Origin: a bacterium
GTDB taxonomy: Bacteria; Krumholzibacteriota; Krumholzibacteriia; LZORAL124-64-63
Reading direction: 5' to 3'
Assembly: GCA_016712675.1 (NCBI GenBank)
Contig: JADJQR010000001.1
Span: forward strand, 3,351,056 to 3,415,055
Length of the DNA: 64,000 nt
Position 1 is the first letter of the stretch. Each line of letters opens with the position of its first letter. Of this stretch, positions 44,633 through 53,865 are shown one piece after another. The position numbers were made by a program, and so were the translations under genes. The notes below the pieces were generated by a model. That model was not told the origin of the DNA, searched no databases, and worked only from the letters and a program-made list of their open reading frames with translations.

Positions 44633-45391
44633 TTGCCCGAGACGATCTTCACCAGCCTCCCGCAGTACCTGCTGACCTCGTTGGTGCTGGTCGTGGCGCA
44701 GGTCATCTACGTGCTGTTCGGGTTCGGGTCGGGGCTGACGGCGGTCGGCTCGCTGGCCCTGCTCTTTCCCGAGATCAAGGACGTGGTCGTCCTGCTGCTG
44801 CTGGTCAACCTGCCGGCCGAGGTGCTGGTGGCGTGGGGCACGCGTCATGCGCTGCGCTGGCGATCGCTGCTGGGGCTCGGCGCGGGCGTCGTGGTCGGCA
44901 TCCCGATCGGCGCGCGCCTGCTCAGCCGCGGCGACCCGGCCATCGTGCTGACGGCACTGGGGTGGTTCCTGGTCGGCGTCGGCCTGATCTTCCTGCGCCT
45001 GCCGCGCGGCGGTCGCGTGCAGCCGCCGGCTTGGGCTGCGCCGCCGACTGGTCTTGCCTCCGGCCTGTTGACCGGCCTGTTCGGCACCGGCGGCCCGCCG
45101 GTCATCATCTGGTATCACCTGAGCGCGGCCGACAAGACGGCGTTCCGCGGCCACCTCATGACGATCTTCCTGCTGATGACCGTGGTCCGTGTGCCCAGCT
45201 ACGTGGCGACCGGCCTGGTGACGGCGCCGCGCCTGTGGTCGGGCCTGGCCGTGCTGCCGGCCACGCTGCTGGGCGCCTGGCTGGGTCACCGCCTGCACGT
45301 CCGTATCGGCGAGCGGCTCTTCCAGGTGCTGGTCTGCGTGCTGCTGGTGCTACTGGGCGCGATGCTGCTGCTGAAGCCGCACCCGCACTAG
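44633..45391 (+). CDS. TSUP-family (TauE/SafE) membrane transporter
   Basis: Polytopic membrane protein with duplicated GxGGG-type motifs (GFGSGL..., LFGTGGPPVI). Confidence 0.65.
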   Translation: MPETIFTSLPQYLLTSLVLVVAQVIYVLFGFGSGLTAVGSLALLFPEIKDVVVLLLLVNLPAEVLVAWGTRHALRWRSLLGLGAGVVVGIPIGARLLSRGDPAIVLTALGWFLVGVGLIFLRLPRGGRVQPPAWAAPPTGLASGLLTGLFGTGGPPVIIWYHLSAADKTAFRGHLMTIFLLMTVVRVPSYVATGLVTAPRLWSGLAVLPATLLGAWLGHRLHVRIGERLFQVLVCVLLVLLGAMLLLKPHPH

Positions 45392-45396
45392 CGTTC

Positions 45397-47532
45397 TCAG
45401 GGCCGGATGCGGCTCTCGTCGAGAAGTCGGCAGCCTTCCATGAGGATCGATTCCAGCGGCAGCCCGATGTTGGGCGCGGGGAACTCCGACTCCGGCTGCA
45501 CGGCGAACGCCCCGTCATCCTCCCAGGCGATGACACTGTAGACGGCGTCGGCGCCGCGCAGCGTGCCGCTGGCCGCATGCACCAGCTGGCCGCGGTCCAG
45601 GAACATCACCGCGCGCTCGCCGCCGGGACGCTGCAGGTCGATGCGCACGGACTTGAGGCTCTGGCTCAGCGTCTGCATGAGGTCGGTGAAGGCGAACGCG
45701 GTGAAGGCGGCCTGGAAGCTGCCCGGACGCGACGGAGACGAAGGGACTCCGCCGGGAGCACCGGACGCCGACGCACGCAGCGCCTTGCGCAGGCGTGCGG
45801 CCACCAGTTCCAGGTCGCGCGGCAACGCGAAGACGTCGTCGAAGCCGGCATCGAACAGCGTCAACAGCCGCGCCGGGTCGGCCTCGCCGGTCAGGGCGAA
45901 CACCGGCAGGCGCGTGCCCGCGGCCAGGCGTTCGCGCGCCCGCAGGATCTCGTGCGGGAAGCTCCCCTCGTGCACGAGCACGGCCGCCGGCGCCTGCCGG
46001 GCGCACAACTCCGCCGCCTCATCGAGCGTCCGCAGCACCAGGGTGCGGTACCCGAGATGCCCCAGGCGAGCCCCGAGCTGCCGCAGGGTCCGGTCATCGC
46101 CACCCACCACGAGCAGTTGCTGTCCGGCGCCCGCGACGAGTTCGTCCTCGGTGCGCGCGAGTACCTGGAGGTAGCGTTCGACGATCTCCGGACGCGCCAG
46201 TTGGCCGCCGCGGGCGCGCAGCGAGGCGTTGCGGTTGGCGGTGTGCGCCTCGCCCACGCCGGCCACAGCCGCGGAGCGCTGGTGATGGTGCCAGACCAGG
46301 GCCAGCACCTGGGCCGCCTGCGCCGTCTCGGGGTCGTTACGGCCGAATTCATCCAGGTTCACGCGCCCGCCCAGCAGCTGGCGCATTGCCGCCAACGCCG
46401 CGTCGACGCGCCAGGGGAAGGCGACGGCCGTTGCGGTGCCCAGCGTGCGGGACCAGTCGATGCCGGTGCCGTCGTCGGCCAGGAGCGCCTCGACGTTCGC
46501 GGCAGGGGGCGCCGCCGGGGCCAGCAGGAGCGCGGCCACTTCCAGCCCGTCGATCGCCAGGAGTTCGAACCCGAGCGACTCGCCGAGCGCGCGCGCGTCA
46601 CGCCGCAAGAGATCATAGGCCGGCGGCTGCGGCTGGCCTTCGCCAGCCTGCTCCGCAATCAGCTGAAGGGCGCCCAACAGGCTCCTGCGCAGCGCCGGGT
46701 ACGGCGCGACCGTGTCCAGCAGGGTCTCGCCGATCTGCCCCAGCCGCGTGACCGGCGGCTGTGACACACCGGTCGCGACGGCGGGCACCCGGTCGCGCCA
46801 GGCCGTCGCCATGTCCTCGGCCAGGAGCACGTGCCCAACGTCGCCGCGCGCCAGCAGCGCGCCGGCCTGGACCGGATCCGCGGCGACGACGAGCGTGCGG
46901 CCCTCGCGCTCGAACAGCGGGGCCAGGAAGCTGGCCAGGAAGGAGCGCCCGGTGACCAGCAGCACCGAGCGATCGGCAGGTGCGGCGGTCTCCGCGGAAT
47001 CGCCTGCCGTGGCCGCCTCCGTCTCTTCCGCGCCGGCGAACAGCTCCGGCAACTCGATCAGGCGACGGGGGCCATGCAGCGCGTCGCCATCGAGCCCCGC
47101 ACCGACCAACAGCTTCTCGAGCGTCACCTCGGGGATGACGCACACCTCGAGTTGGCGACAACGCAGCAGCGCGCGCACCTGGCCGATGGCCGTCGAGTCG
47201 CGCGGGTCCACGGCGGCCAGGGACAGCGTCCCCGATTCCTCGTCGAGCGACAACGGCAGCACCAGGTGCTGGCGCGTGAAGCCCTCGGGCAATCGGCCCA
47301 CCAGATCCGGTGATGGCCGATGTCGCGCCAGGTCGAACGCGGGCACGCCGAACTGCACGGACAGCGCCCGGCCGAGCTGCTCCTCCGTGACGTGTCCATC
47401 GTAGACCAGGTGCGTGCCTAGCCGCCCGCCCAGGCCCTGCTGCTTGCGCAGGGCCTGCGCCACCTGTTCCGCCGTGGCGAAGCCCAGGCGGATCAGGATC
47501 TGGTCGAGGCGTTCCGTGCGTGCGTTCGTCAT
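45397..47532 (-). CDS. Multidomain regulator: N-terminal T2SS-E N-terminal (MshEN-like) domain, receiver-like domains, C-terminal DUF4388-like domain
   Basis: N-terminus (LGFATAEQVAQALRKQQ...GHVTEEQLGRALSVQFGVPAFDL) resembles GSPII_E_N/MshEN; C-terminus (FTDLMQTLSQSLKSVRIDL...) resembles DUF4388; lies directly downstream of pilT. Confidence 0.55.
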   Translation of the reverse strand: MTNARTERLDQILIRLGFATAEQVAQALRKQQGLGGRLGTHLVYDGHVTEEQLGRALSVQFGVPAFDLARHRPSPDLVGRLPEGFTRQHLVLPLSLDEESGTLSLAAVDPRDSTAIGQVRALLRCRQLEVCVIPEVTLEKLLVGAGLDGDALHGPRRLIELPELFAGAEETEAATAGDSAETAAPADRSVLLVTGRSFLASFLAPLFEREGRTLVVAADPVQAGALLARGDVGHVLLAEDMATAWRDRVPAVATGVSQPPVTRLGQIGETLLDTVAPYPALRRSLLGALQLIAEQAGEGQPQPPAYDLLRRDARALGESLGFELLAIDGLEVAALLLAPAAPPAANVEALLADDGTGIDWSRTLGTATAVAFPWRVDAALAAMRQLLGGRVNLDEFGRNDPETAQAAQVLALVWHHHQRSAAVAGVGEAHTANRNASLRARGGQLARPEIVERYLQVLARTEDELVAGAGQQLLVVGGDDRTLRQLGARLGHLGYRTLVLRTLDEAAELCARQAPAAVLVHEGSFPHEILRARERLAAGTRLPVFALTGEADPARLLTLFDAGFDDVFALPRDLELVAARLRKALRASASGAPGGVPSSPSRPGSFQAAFTAFAFTDLMQTLSQSLKSVRIDLQRPGGERAVMFLDRGQLVHAASGTLRGADAVYSVIAWEDDGAFAVQPESEFPAPNIGLPLESILMEGCRLLDESRIRP

Positions 47533-47533
47533 C

Positions 47534-48619
47534 TCACGTATGCACCGGCGTCGGCCGCGTTTCGCTGCGCGCGCGCTGGGCCAGGCTGGCCGGCTCGGCC
47601 GCGTAGCGGACGGCCTCGTCGGTGGTGATCACGCCCTCGGCGATCATCTGCCCGAGGTGCTGGTCCAGCAGCTGCATCCCTTCCTTGCGCGCGGTGGTCA
47701 TCGCGTTGTTGATCAGGTGGCTCTTCTGCTCGCGGATCAGGTTGCGGATCGCCGGATTGCCGACCAGGATCTCCAGCGCGGCCACGCGACCCTTCTTGTC
47801 GGCACGTCGCACCAGCTGCTGCGAGCAGACACCCACCAGCACCTCGGAGAGCATGTGCCGGATCTGCGTCTGCTGGTTGCCCGGGAACGGATCCACGATG
47901 CGGCTGATGGTCTGCGCGGCCGAGCGCGTGTGCAGCGTGCCGAGCACGAGCTGACCCACCTCGCTTGCCGTCAGCGCCAGCGAGATCGTCTCCAGGTCGC
48001 GCATCTCGCCGACCAGGATGACGTTCGGGTCCTCGCGCAGCGAGGCACGCAGGGCCGACGCGAAGGTCGCACAGTGCTCGCCCACCTGGCGCTGGTTGAT
48101 CAGGCAGTTCTTGTTCGGGTGGATGAATTCCAACGGGTCTTCCAGCGTGATGATGTGGCCGTGCAGCGTCTCGTTCAGGTGGTTGACCATCGCCGCCAGC
48201 GTGGTCGACTTGCCCGAGTTCGTGGGCCCGGTCACCAGGATGAGCCCCGAGCGCGCGGTCAGCATGTTCTTCAGGACCGCCGGCATGCCCAACTGCTCGA
48301 GCGTGGGCACCTCGTTGGGAATGATACGGAAGGCGGCCGCCAGCCCCGGGTATTTCTTGTAGACGTTGATGCGGAAGCGGGCCACGCCCGGCAGCGTGTA
48401 CGCCAGGTCCAGGTCGCCATGGGACTCGAGCACCTCGATCTGCGCCTCGCTCAGGAGCTCGTAGATCGTGATCCGCAGTTCCTCCTCGGACAGCGGGCGA
48501 TGCTCCCCACGCTGCAGCACCCCGTTGATGCGCAGCATCGGCTCGCAATTCGCGCTCAGGTGCAGGTCCGAGACGCTGTACTCCTGCATGATCCTCAGGA
48601 AGGCGTCGATACGGGGCAT
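47534..48619 (-). CDS. pilT: Type IV pilus retraction ATPase PilT
   Basis: Walker A (VTGPTNSGKSTT) and PilT-specific blocks (GEMRDLETISLALTASEVGQLVLGTLHT). Confidence 0.9.
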   Translation of the reverse strand: MPRIDAFLRIMQEYSVSDLHLSANCEPMLRINGVLQRGEHRPLSEEELRITIYELLSEAQIEVLESHGDLDLAYTLPGVARFRINVYKKYPGLAAAFRIIPNEVPTLEQLGMPAVLKNMLTARSGLILVTGPTNSGKSTTLAAMVNHLNETLHGHIITLEDPLEFIHPNKNCLINQRQVGEHCATFASALRASLREDPNVILVGEMRDLETISLALTASEVGQLVLGTLHTRSAAQTISRIVDPFPGNQQTQIRHMLSEVLVGVCSQQLVRRADKKGRVAALEILVGNPAIRNLIREQKSHLINNAMTTARKEGMQLLDQHLGQMIAEGVITTDEAVRYAAEPASLAQRARSETRPTPVHT

Positions 48620-48674
48620 GGCCGTCCCTGTCGTCGGGTCCGTCGAGCGTCGGCGCAGACTCTCGGGGCCAACG

Positions 48675-48691
48675 TTGCAAATTCCGTGCCC
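48675..48691 (-). promoter_or_regulatory. Sigma-54 (RpoN)-type -24/-12 promoter candidate upstream of pilT
   Basis: Minus-strand sequence GGGCACGGAATTTGCAA fits the GG-N10-GC core with GCACG and TTGCA flanks; about 55 nt upstream of the pilT start codon. Confidence 0.45.
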
Positions 48692-48804
48692 TCCGGTCGC
48701 TTTAGGAACCTGTTGTCAGGAAACAGGATGGAATCGTAGAGGGCGCACCGGCAGCGGCGCCGGGAACGCTCACTGACCACCGGGAGATCAGAGGGGACCG
48801 AAGG

Positions 48805-49449
48805 TCAGAAGGCGATGGCGGCCGTGAATTGCCAGTGTGTCAGGCGGGTGCCGTCGCGCGGCTCGTCCACGCCGGGCAGCGGATCCTCGTATTTCGCAGC
48901 CGCCGGGCGGGTACCGGTCGGATCCGGCACAAGTTGGCCGCTCAAGCCCCGGCAGTAGCGAGCCTCCAGACCGAACGGACCCGACCGCCACGATAGACCC
49001 AGATGGAGAGCGAAATCCAGGTCCCTGTAGCCCCACGCCTCCGAGGGTACGCCGGGGAACGACGACCATTCCTCGGACAGTTTGAGCCCCGCCGAGAGCC
49101 CGGCCCGTGGGCGCGGCAAGAACCAGGGCATGGCAGCCAGTTCGAGCATGACGACGGGCTGGGCGACATGCAATGTCACCTCCGCGTCGGTCAGCCGGAA
49201 GCCGGTCACCGGGTCGGAGAACCAGGTCGGCTGGGCGCCGCGCTTCTGCACGTACTCGAGGGCGTACACCAGATCGACCCCGACCGGAGCCAGCGACGTC
49301 CGCGCGCCGACTCCCAGCACCAGCCCGCCGCGGTCCTCGTGCAGGCCCACGTCGGTCAGGGCCCAGCCGGCGGAAGCCTCCCAAACGGCCGCCTGCGCGG
49401 TACCGGCCGCCAGCGCCACGAGGATCACGACCGTCGCGGCGGCTGCCAT
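48805..49449 (-). CDS. Small outer-membrane beta-barrel-like protein
   Basis: Start moved to the internal ATG at 49449 (signal peptide MAAAATVVILVALAAGTAQA); ends ...QFTAAIAF with C-terminal Phe. Confidence 0.45.
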   Translation of the reverse strand: MAAAATVVILVALAAGTAQAAVWEASAGWALTDVGLHEDRGGLVLGVGARTSLAPVGVDLVYALEYVQKRGAQPTWFSDPVTGFRLTDAEVTLHVAQPVVMLELAAMPWFLPRPRAGLSAGLKLSEEWSSFPGVPSEAWGYRDLDFALHLGLSWRSGPFGLEARYCRGLSGQLVPDPTGTRPAAAKYEDPLPGVDEPRDGTRLTHWQFTAAIAF

Positions 49450-49475
49450 CCCTCCGTACCCGCGGCGCACGCGCA

Positions 49476-50144
49476 CTAGTGGTCTCCCGCGAACAGCTTC
49501 TCGCCGGCTTCGACGGCGAATTCCAGCGTGTTCTCGCGCGGCGGCAGCGTGCAGTTGAAAGCGTCCGGATTGTAGTCGCACAGCGGGTTGTACGCGTAGT
49601 TGAAGTCAAGGTCGATGAGCCCGTCGGCATCCCTGCGCAGGTCCAGGTAGCGCCCGCCGCCGTACGTCTCCTTGCCAGAGGTCGCGTCGTAGAAGGGCAG
49701 CCACAGATGGCCGTCCGCGCCAGGATCGACCGGCGCGAACACGCCGAGCCGATGCACTTTGCCGGCGTGCGAGAAGGCCACCGTGCCGCGGCGCACGTAG
49801 CGCACGTCGTTGCCCTTGCGCTTGGCCAGCCTGACGGTGTCTGGCTTCGCCTCGGCCAGCAACTGCGTCCGGAAGCGGAGTTCCGGCTTCGGGAAATAGT
49901 AGTTGAGGCCCTCGAACCCGGGGAGCTTCTCCGCCGGCAGGGGTGTCCGCTCCGGGTCGGAGAACTCCTCGTTCTTGTCGATCCGCATCTCCACCAGCGC
50001 GATCTCCCAGGCTTCGTGCTGTGCGGCGTCCATCGCGACGGCGCCCGGCGCTGGCGGCTCGGAACCGCAGCCAGCCAGGGGGAACAGCGTGGCGGCCGCC
50101 AGGACCGCGAGGAAGACGAAGGGCAGGGTTCGCGCAGCGGACAT
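49476..50144 (-). CDS. DUF1684-like lipoprotein
   Basis: Lipobox (LFPLAGC); conserved YNPLCDYNPDAFNCTLPPREN block as I recall for DUF1684. Confidence 0.5.
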   Translation of the reverse strand: MSAARTLPFVFLAVLAAATLFPLAGCGSEPPAPGAVAMDAAQHEAWEIALVEMRIDKNEEFSDPERTPLPAEKLPGFEGLNYYFPKPELRFRTQLLAEAKPDTVRLAKRKGNDVRYVRRGTVAFSHAGKVHRLGVFAPVDPGADGHLWLPFYDATSGKETYGGGRYLDLRRDADGLIDLDFNYAYNPLCDYNPDAFNCTLPPRENTLEFAVEAGEKLFAGDH

Positions 50145-50248
50145 CGTCGGCCATCCTTGGTAGGCGGTGGTTGCGGCGGTTGCGGGAACGGTCCGGCCAT
50201 GATAGCAGCAACGGGTTCGGGTTTCAAAACCCCGCGCAATTGGTTACC

Positions 50249-52168
50249 ATGCCCGGTCGAAACGCCCCGACCGGAGCCGCCGTGATCGACGAACCTGCCC
50301 GGACACCCCCAGTTCCCGCCGGCGACGTTCCAGACGACGCCGCAACGCCCCGGGCCGCCACGGTCCGCCGCTTCGGCCTGCCGACCGCGGCGCCGGCGGC
50401 GGCCTTCCTGGCTGCCATCCTGGGCCACCTGCCCGTGCTGGGCGCCTGGTGGTGCCGCGACGACTGGGGCCTGCTGGCGCGCGCCGCCGGCCTTAGCGAA
50501 GGGCCGACCGGCGTGCCGGCGCGCTGGCTCAGCCAACACCTCTACTGGCAGGCGACCTGGCCGCTGTTCGGGCTGGACCCCCTGCCCCACGCCTGGATCC
50601 GCCTGCTGCTGCATGGTGCGTCGGCCGCGCTGGTGGCGCGCCTGGCCCGCCGAGGCGGCCTGGGCGAACCGGCGGCCGCGGTGGCCGGCTGTGTCTTCGC
50701 CGCCTCGCCCCTGGCGTTCACGCCGTTGTACTGGGCAGCGGGAATCCAGGAGCTGCTGGCTGCCGCCCTGGCGCTGCTGGCCGTCGACAGGTGGCTCCGC
50801 GCCGGCCGGCAGAGCGCCGGCGGGCCAGGCCGGAGGGAACTCGCGGGCGCCGTGCTGGCGGCCGTCGGCTCGTTGGCGGCGAAGGAGCCGGGGCTCGGAC
50901 TGGCCCTTCTGTTCGGCGCCCTGACCCTGACGCCGGCCGCGGGCAGACCCGCCGGTCGGCGGACAGTCGGCGTCGTCGTGGCGATCGCCGCCACGGCGGC
51001 GGCAGGTCTGGGCGCCGCTGTGCTGGCCACCCGCCACTTCGACCACGGGCCCGGCGCACCCTACGCGCTGGGCAATGCGGCGACGGCTGCGGCCAACCTC
51101 TCGTTCGCCCTGCGCTGGCTGGCGCTGCCCGGCCCCGTGGTGGATGCGCGCGCCAACACGACGGCGCTGGCGAGCGGCGCCCTGCTGCTGGCGGCCTGGC
51201 TCGCGTGGGGCGTGGTCGCCTGGCGCCGCGGGCGTCGGCTGGCGCTGACGGCTCTGGCCGCCTCGCTGCTGGCGCTGGCGCCGTTGCTCCCGCTTCGCCA
51301 CCATCTGGCGCCGTACATGGCATACCTCGCGGTCGCCGGCTGGGCGCTGACATTGGCGTCGCTCGTGCCGGGACGCCTGCCCCGGCCGCGGGCCGCGATC
51401 GCCGCGGTGCTGGTCGCGTCAACCGCCTGGGGCCTGTTCGCGACGAACACGGTGATCAAGCGCCGCAACGAACTGGGGCTGCCGGCCGACGATCTCGTGC
51501 GCGCCACGAGTCTGTCATGGGAGGCCAGGGAAGTGCTGGGCACCGTCGCGGGCCTGGCCGACGGGCCGCCCGTCCGGCAGGTGGTGCTGCTGCAGGTGCC
51601 GGCCGGACCGGGAGCGCTGGAGCGCGCGCGGCAATTCGGAGAGCGTTGGGCCGGGCGCTCGGACCTGCACGAGGCGCTTGGCGGAGACTTCGGGCTGGCG
51701 CTGATGCTGCCGGCTGGCGTGCACGGCCGTTGGGCGAACGGACTGGTCACGGCGCCGGACAGCGCGGTCGTACTGGTCGAGACGGGCACCGGATTGCTGC
51801 CGTGGGGCCGCACCGGACAGGCGGCGATGTACGCCGCGCTGACGGACATCGGCCTCGGCCATTTCGAGCGCGGCCGGGATCACCTGGTGCGCGCCGCCCA
51901 GTTGGGCGGTCCGTCGCTCGCCTTCGCCTGCGACGCAGGCCTGATGCCGATCCCCCTGGAACTGGCGCTGCAACAGCGCGAAGCGTTCACCGACTGGACG
52001 GTGGGACTGCTGGCCGAAGGCGCCTCGCGGCACGAGGTGGGTGGCCTGCAGGACCTCTACTTCAACCTGCTGTGCGCCTGCACGGGCCGCAGCCTGGACG
52101 AACTGACCCGGGGCAGCCATCTGCTGCTGAGGGGCGATCCGCCCGCGGCACCGGCGCCGCGGCCGTAA
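50249..52168 (+). CDS. Polytopic membrane protein, GT-C-like glycosyltransferase candidate
   Basis: Start set at the ATG at 50249 (ORF-track start at 49943 gives an Arg-rich unlikely N-terminus); many TM helices and an early acidic DD motif (WWCRDDWGLL) reminiscent of GT-C fold transferases. Confidence 0.45.
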   Translation: MPGRNAPTGAAVIDEPARTPPVPAGDVPDDAATPRAATVRRFGLPTAAPAAAFLAAILGHLPVLGAWWCRDDWGLLARAAGLSEGPTGVPARWLSQHLYWQATWPLFGLDPLPHAWIRLLLHGASAALVARLARRGGLGEPAAAVAGCVFAASPLAFTPLYWAAGIQELLAAALALLAVDRWLRAGRQSAGGPGRRELAGAVLAAVGSLAAKEPGLGLALLFGALTLTPAAGRPAGRRTVGVVVAIAATAAAGLGAAVLATRHFDHGPGAPYALGNAATAAANLSFALRWLALPGPVVDARANTTALASGALLLAAWLAWGVVAWRRGRRLALTALAASLLALAPLLPLRHHLAPYMAYLAVAGWALTLASLVPGRLPRPRAAIAAVLVASTAWGLFATNTVIKRRNELGLPADDLVRATSLSWEAREVLGTVAGLADGPPVRQVVLLQVPAGPGALERARQFGERWAGRSDLHEALGGDFGLALMLPAGVHGRWANGLVTAPDSAVVLVETGTGLLPWGRTGQAAMYAALTDIGLGHFERGRDHLVRAAQLGGPSLAFACDAGLMPIPLELALQQREAFTDWTVGLLAEGASRHEVGGLQDLYFNLLCACTGRSLDELTRGSHLLLRGDPPAAPAPRP

Positions 52169-52177
52169 GGAGCGACG

Positions 52178-53278
52178 ATGGGCGACTTCCTGCAGCAGAC
52201 AGCCGGCCCGTGGACCATGTACCAGGTTTGCATCGGGCTGGCGCTGGTGCTCCTGGGCTTCGTGGCGAAGCTCGTGGTCGGCTTCGTGATCACGCACCAG
52301 CTGGCACGGCTGACCGCGCGCACCGAATCGCACGCCGACGACCTGGCGGTCGTCGCGATCACCAGGCCGCTGGGCGTGATCCTGCCGCTGGTCGGCGTCT
52401 TCCTGGGCCTCCGCTACCTCGTCTCCCTGCAGCCGGAATGGACATGGCTGCCGCAGGTGGACCGCGCGTTCCGCCTGGTCAGCATCCTGCTCGTGGCCTG
52501 GACGGCGTTCCGGCTGGTCAACGCCGGCGCCACGCTCCTGGGCGAGATGACGGCGAAGACCGAGTCGAAGCTCGACGATCAACTGGTCCCGCTGGCCAGC
52601 AAGGGCGCCAAGGTCTTCATCGCCACGCTCGGGTTCGTGTTGGTGGCGCAGAACCTGGGCTACTCGGTCTCGGGGCTGCTGGCCGGCCTGGGCATCGGCG
52701 GCCTGGCGCTGGCGATGGCCGCCAAGGACGCGCTGGCCAACCTCTTCGGCTCGCTGATGATCATGCTCGACCGCCCGTTCCGTGTCGGCGACTTCGTCAC
52801 CTTCGACGGTGGCGAGGGCACGGTCGAGGAGATCGGCATGCGCTCGACGCGCGTGCGCACGATCGCCAAGACCGTGGTCTCGATCCCGAACCAGAACCTG
52901 GCCAACGCCACGGTGGAGAACCAGAGCTTGATGCCGCAGCGCCGCGTCCGCTTCACGCTGGGCGTGACCTACGACACGTCAGCGGCGCAGATGGAGGAAC
53001 TGGTCGCGCGCATCACGGAGCTCCTGCGCGCGCGCGAGGATGTCGATTCCGAGCAGATCCTGGTGCGCTTCACGGAGTTCGGCGCCTCCAGCCTGGACAT
53101 CCTGGTGCAGTACTTCACGGTGCCGGTCGAGTTCACGCGCGCGCTGGAGATCCGCGAGCAGGTGAACCTGCAGCTGATGCGGCTGGTCGAGGGGATGGGG
53201 CTGTCCATCGCCTTCCCGACGCGGACGGTGCACCTGGCGGGCGGGCGGGGCGACGCCGTGGTGCCGGCGGGCCACTGA
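52178..53278 (+). CDS. Mechanosensitive ion channel, MscS family
   Basis: TM helices followed by the MscS beta-domain (FRVGDFVTFDGGEGTVEEIGMRSTRVRT). Confidence 0.8.
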   Translation: MGDFLQQTAGPWTMYQVCIGLALVLLGFVAKLVVGFVITHQLARLTARTESHADDLAVVAITRPLGVILPLVGVFLGLRYLVSLQPEWTWLPQVDRAFRLVSILLVAWTAFRLVNAGATLLGEMTAKTESKLDDQLVPLASKGAKVFIATLGFVLVAQNLGYSVSGLLAGLGIGGLALAMAAKDALANLFGSLMIMLDRPFRVGDFVTFDGGEGTVEEIGMRSTRVRTIAKTVVSIPNQNLANATVENQSLMPQRRVRFTLGVTYDTSAAQMEELVARITELLRAREDVDSEQILVRFTEFGASSLDILVQYFTVPVEFTRALEIREQVNLQLMRLVEGMGLSIAFPTRTVHLAGGRGDAVVPAGH

Positions 53279-53865
53279 CGGGCACAGATCCGCTTCCGGG
53301 ACGTGGCGCCCATCATCCGGCATGGGACATGCACATGGATTGACCTTGGTCGTGGATCGAGGCCGGGTTTCGGAGGCCCTTGCTCATCCAGGGTGCGCGC
53401 CAAGTGGCCAAGTCCACGCTCGTCCGCCTCTTTGCCCGGCGTTCGGGCGGAAGCGGTCCTAGGTCGATCGCGAACGGCTCCCGGAATCGGATGCGATCTT
53501 CGTCTCACGGGATACCGTGCGGACCCTGTCGGTGTCGGAACACCTGATCGGCAGCGGCCCCATGGACGACCAGGCGTCACTTCTCTTCCTGGACGTCGGT
53601 CTCATGAACTCGACCTGCGGCATCGATCGCTTGACGACGAAGCAGGTGACTGACGCACGCTTCGTCAGCGATGGCGCCATGGCCGAGCAGTTCATCGCCC
53701 AGCACGTGCCCCTGCTCGCGCCCGACGACCGCGCCTTCGCGCCCACTTACCGCAGCCAGCAGGTCTGCGGCCGAACGGGCGATCGACGCACCGTTGCGAG
53801 CGCCACGGGGCAGCATCCGCAGGGTAGCGGGGTTGATCTTGTCCTGGCCCTCGCGTGTCGGGCCG

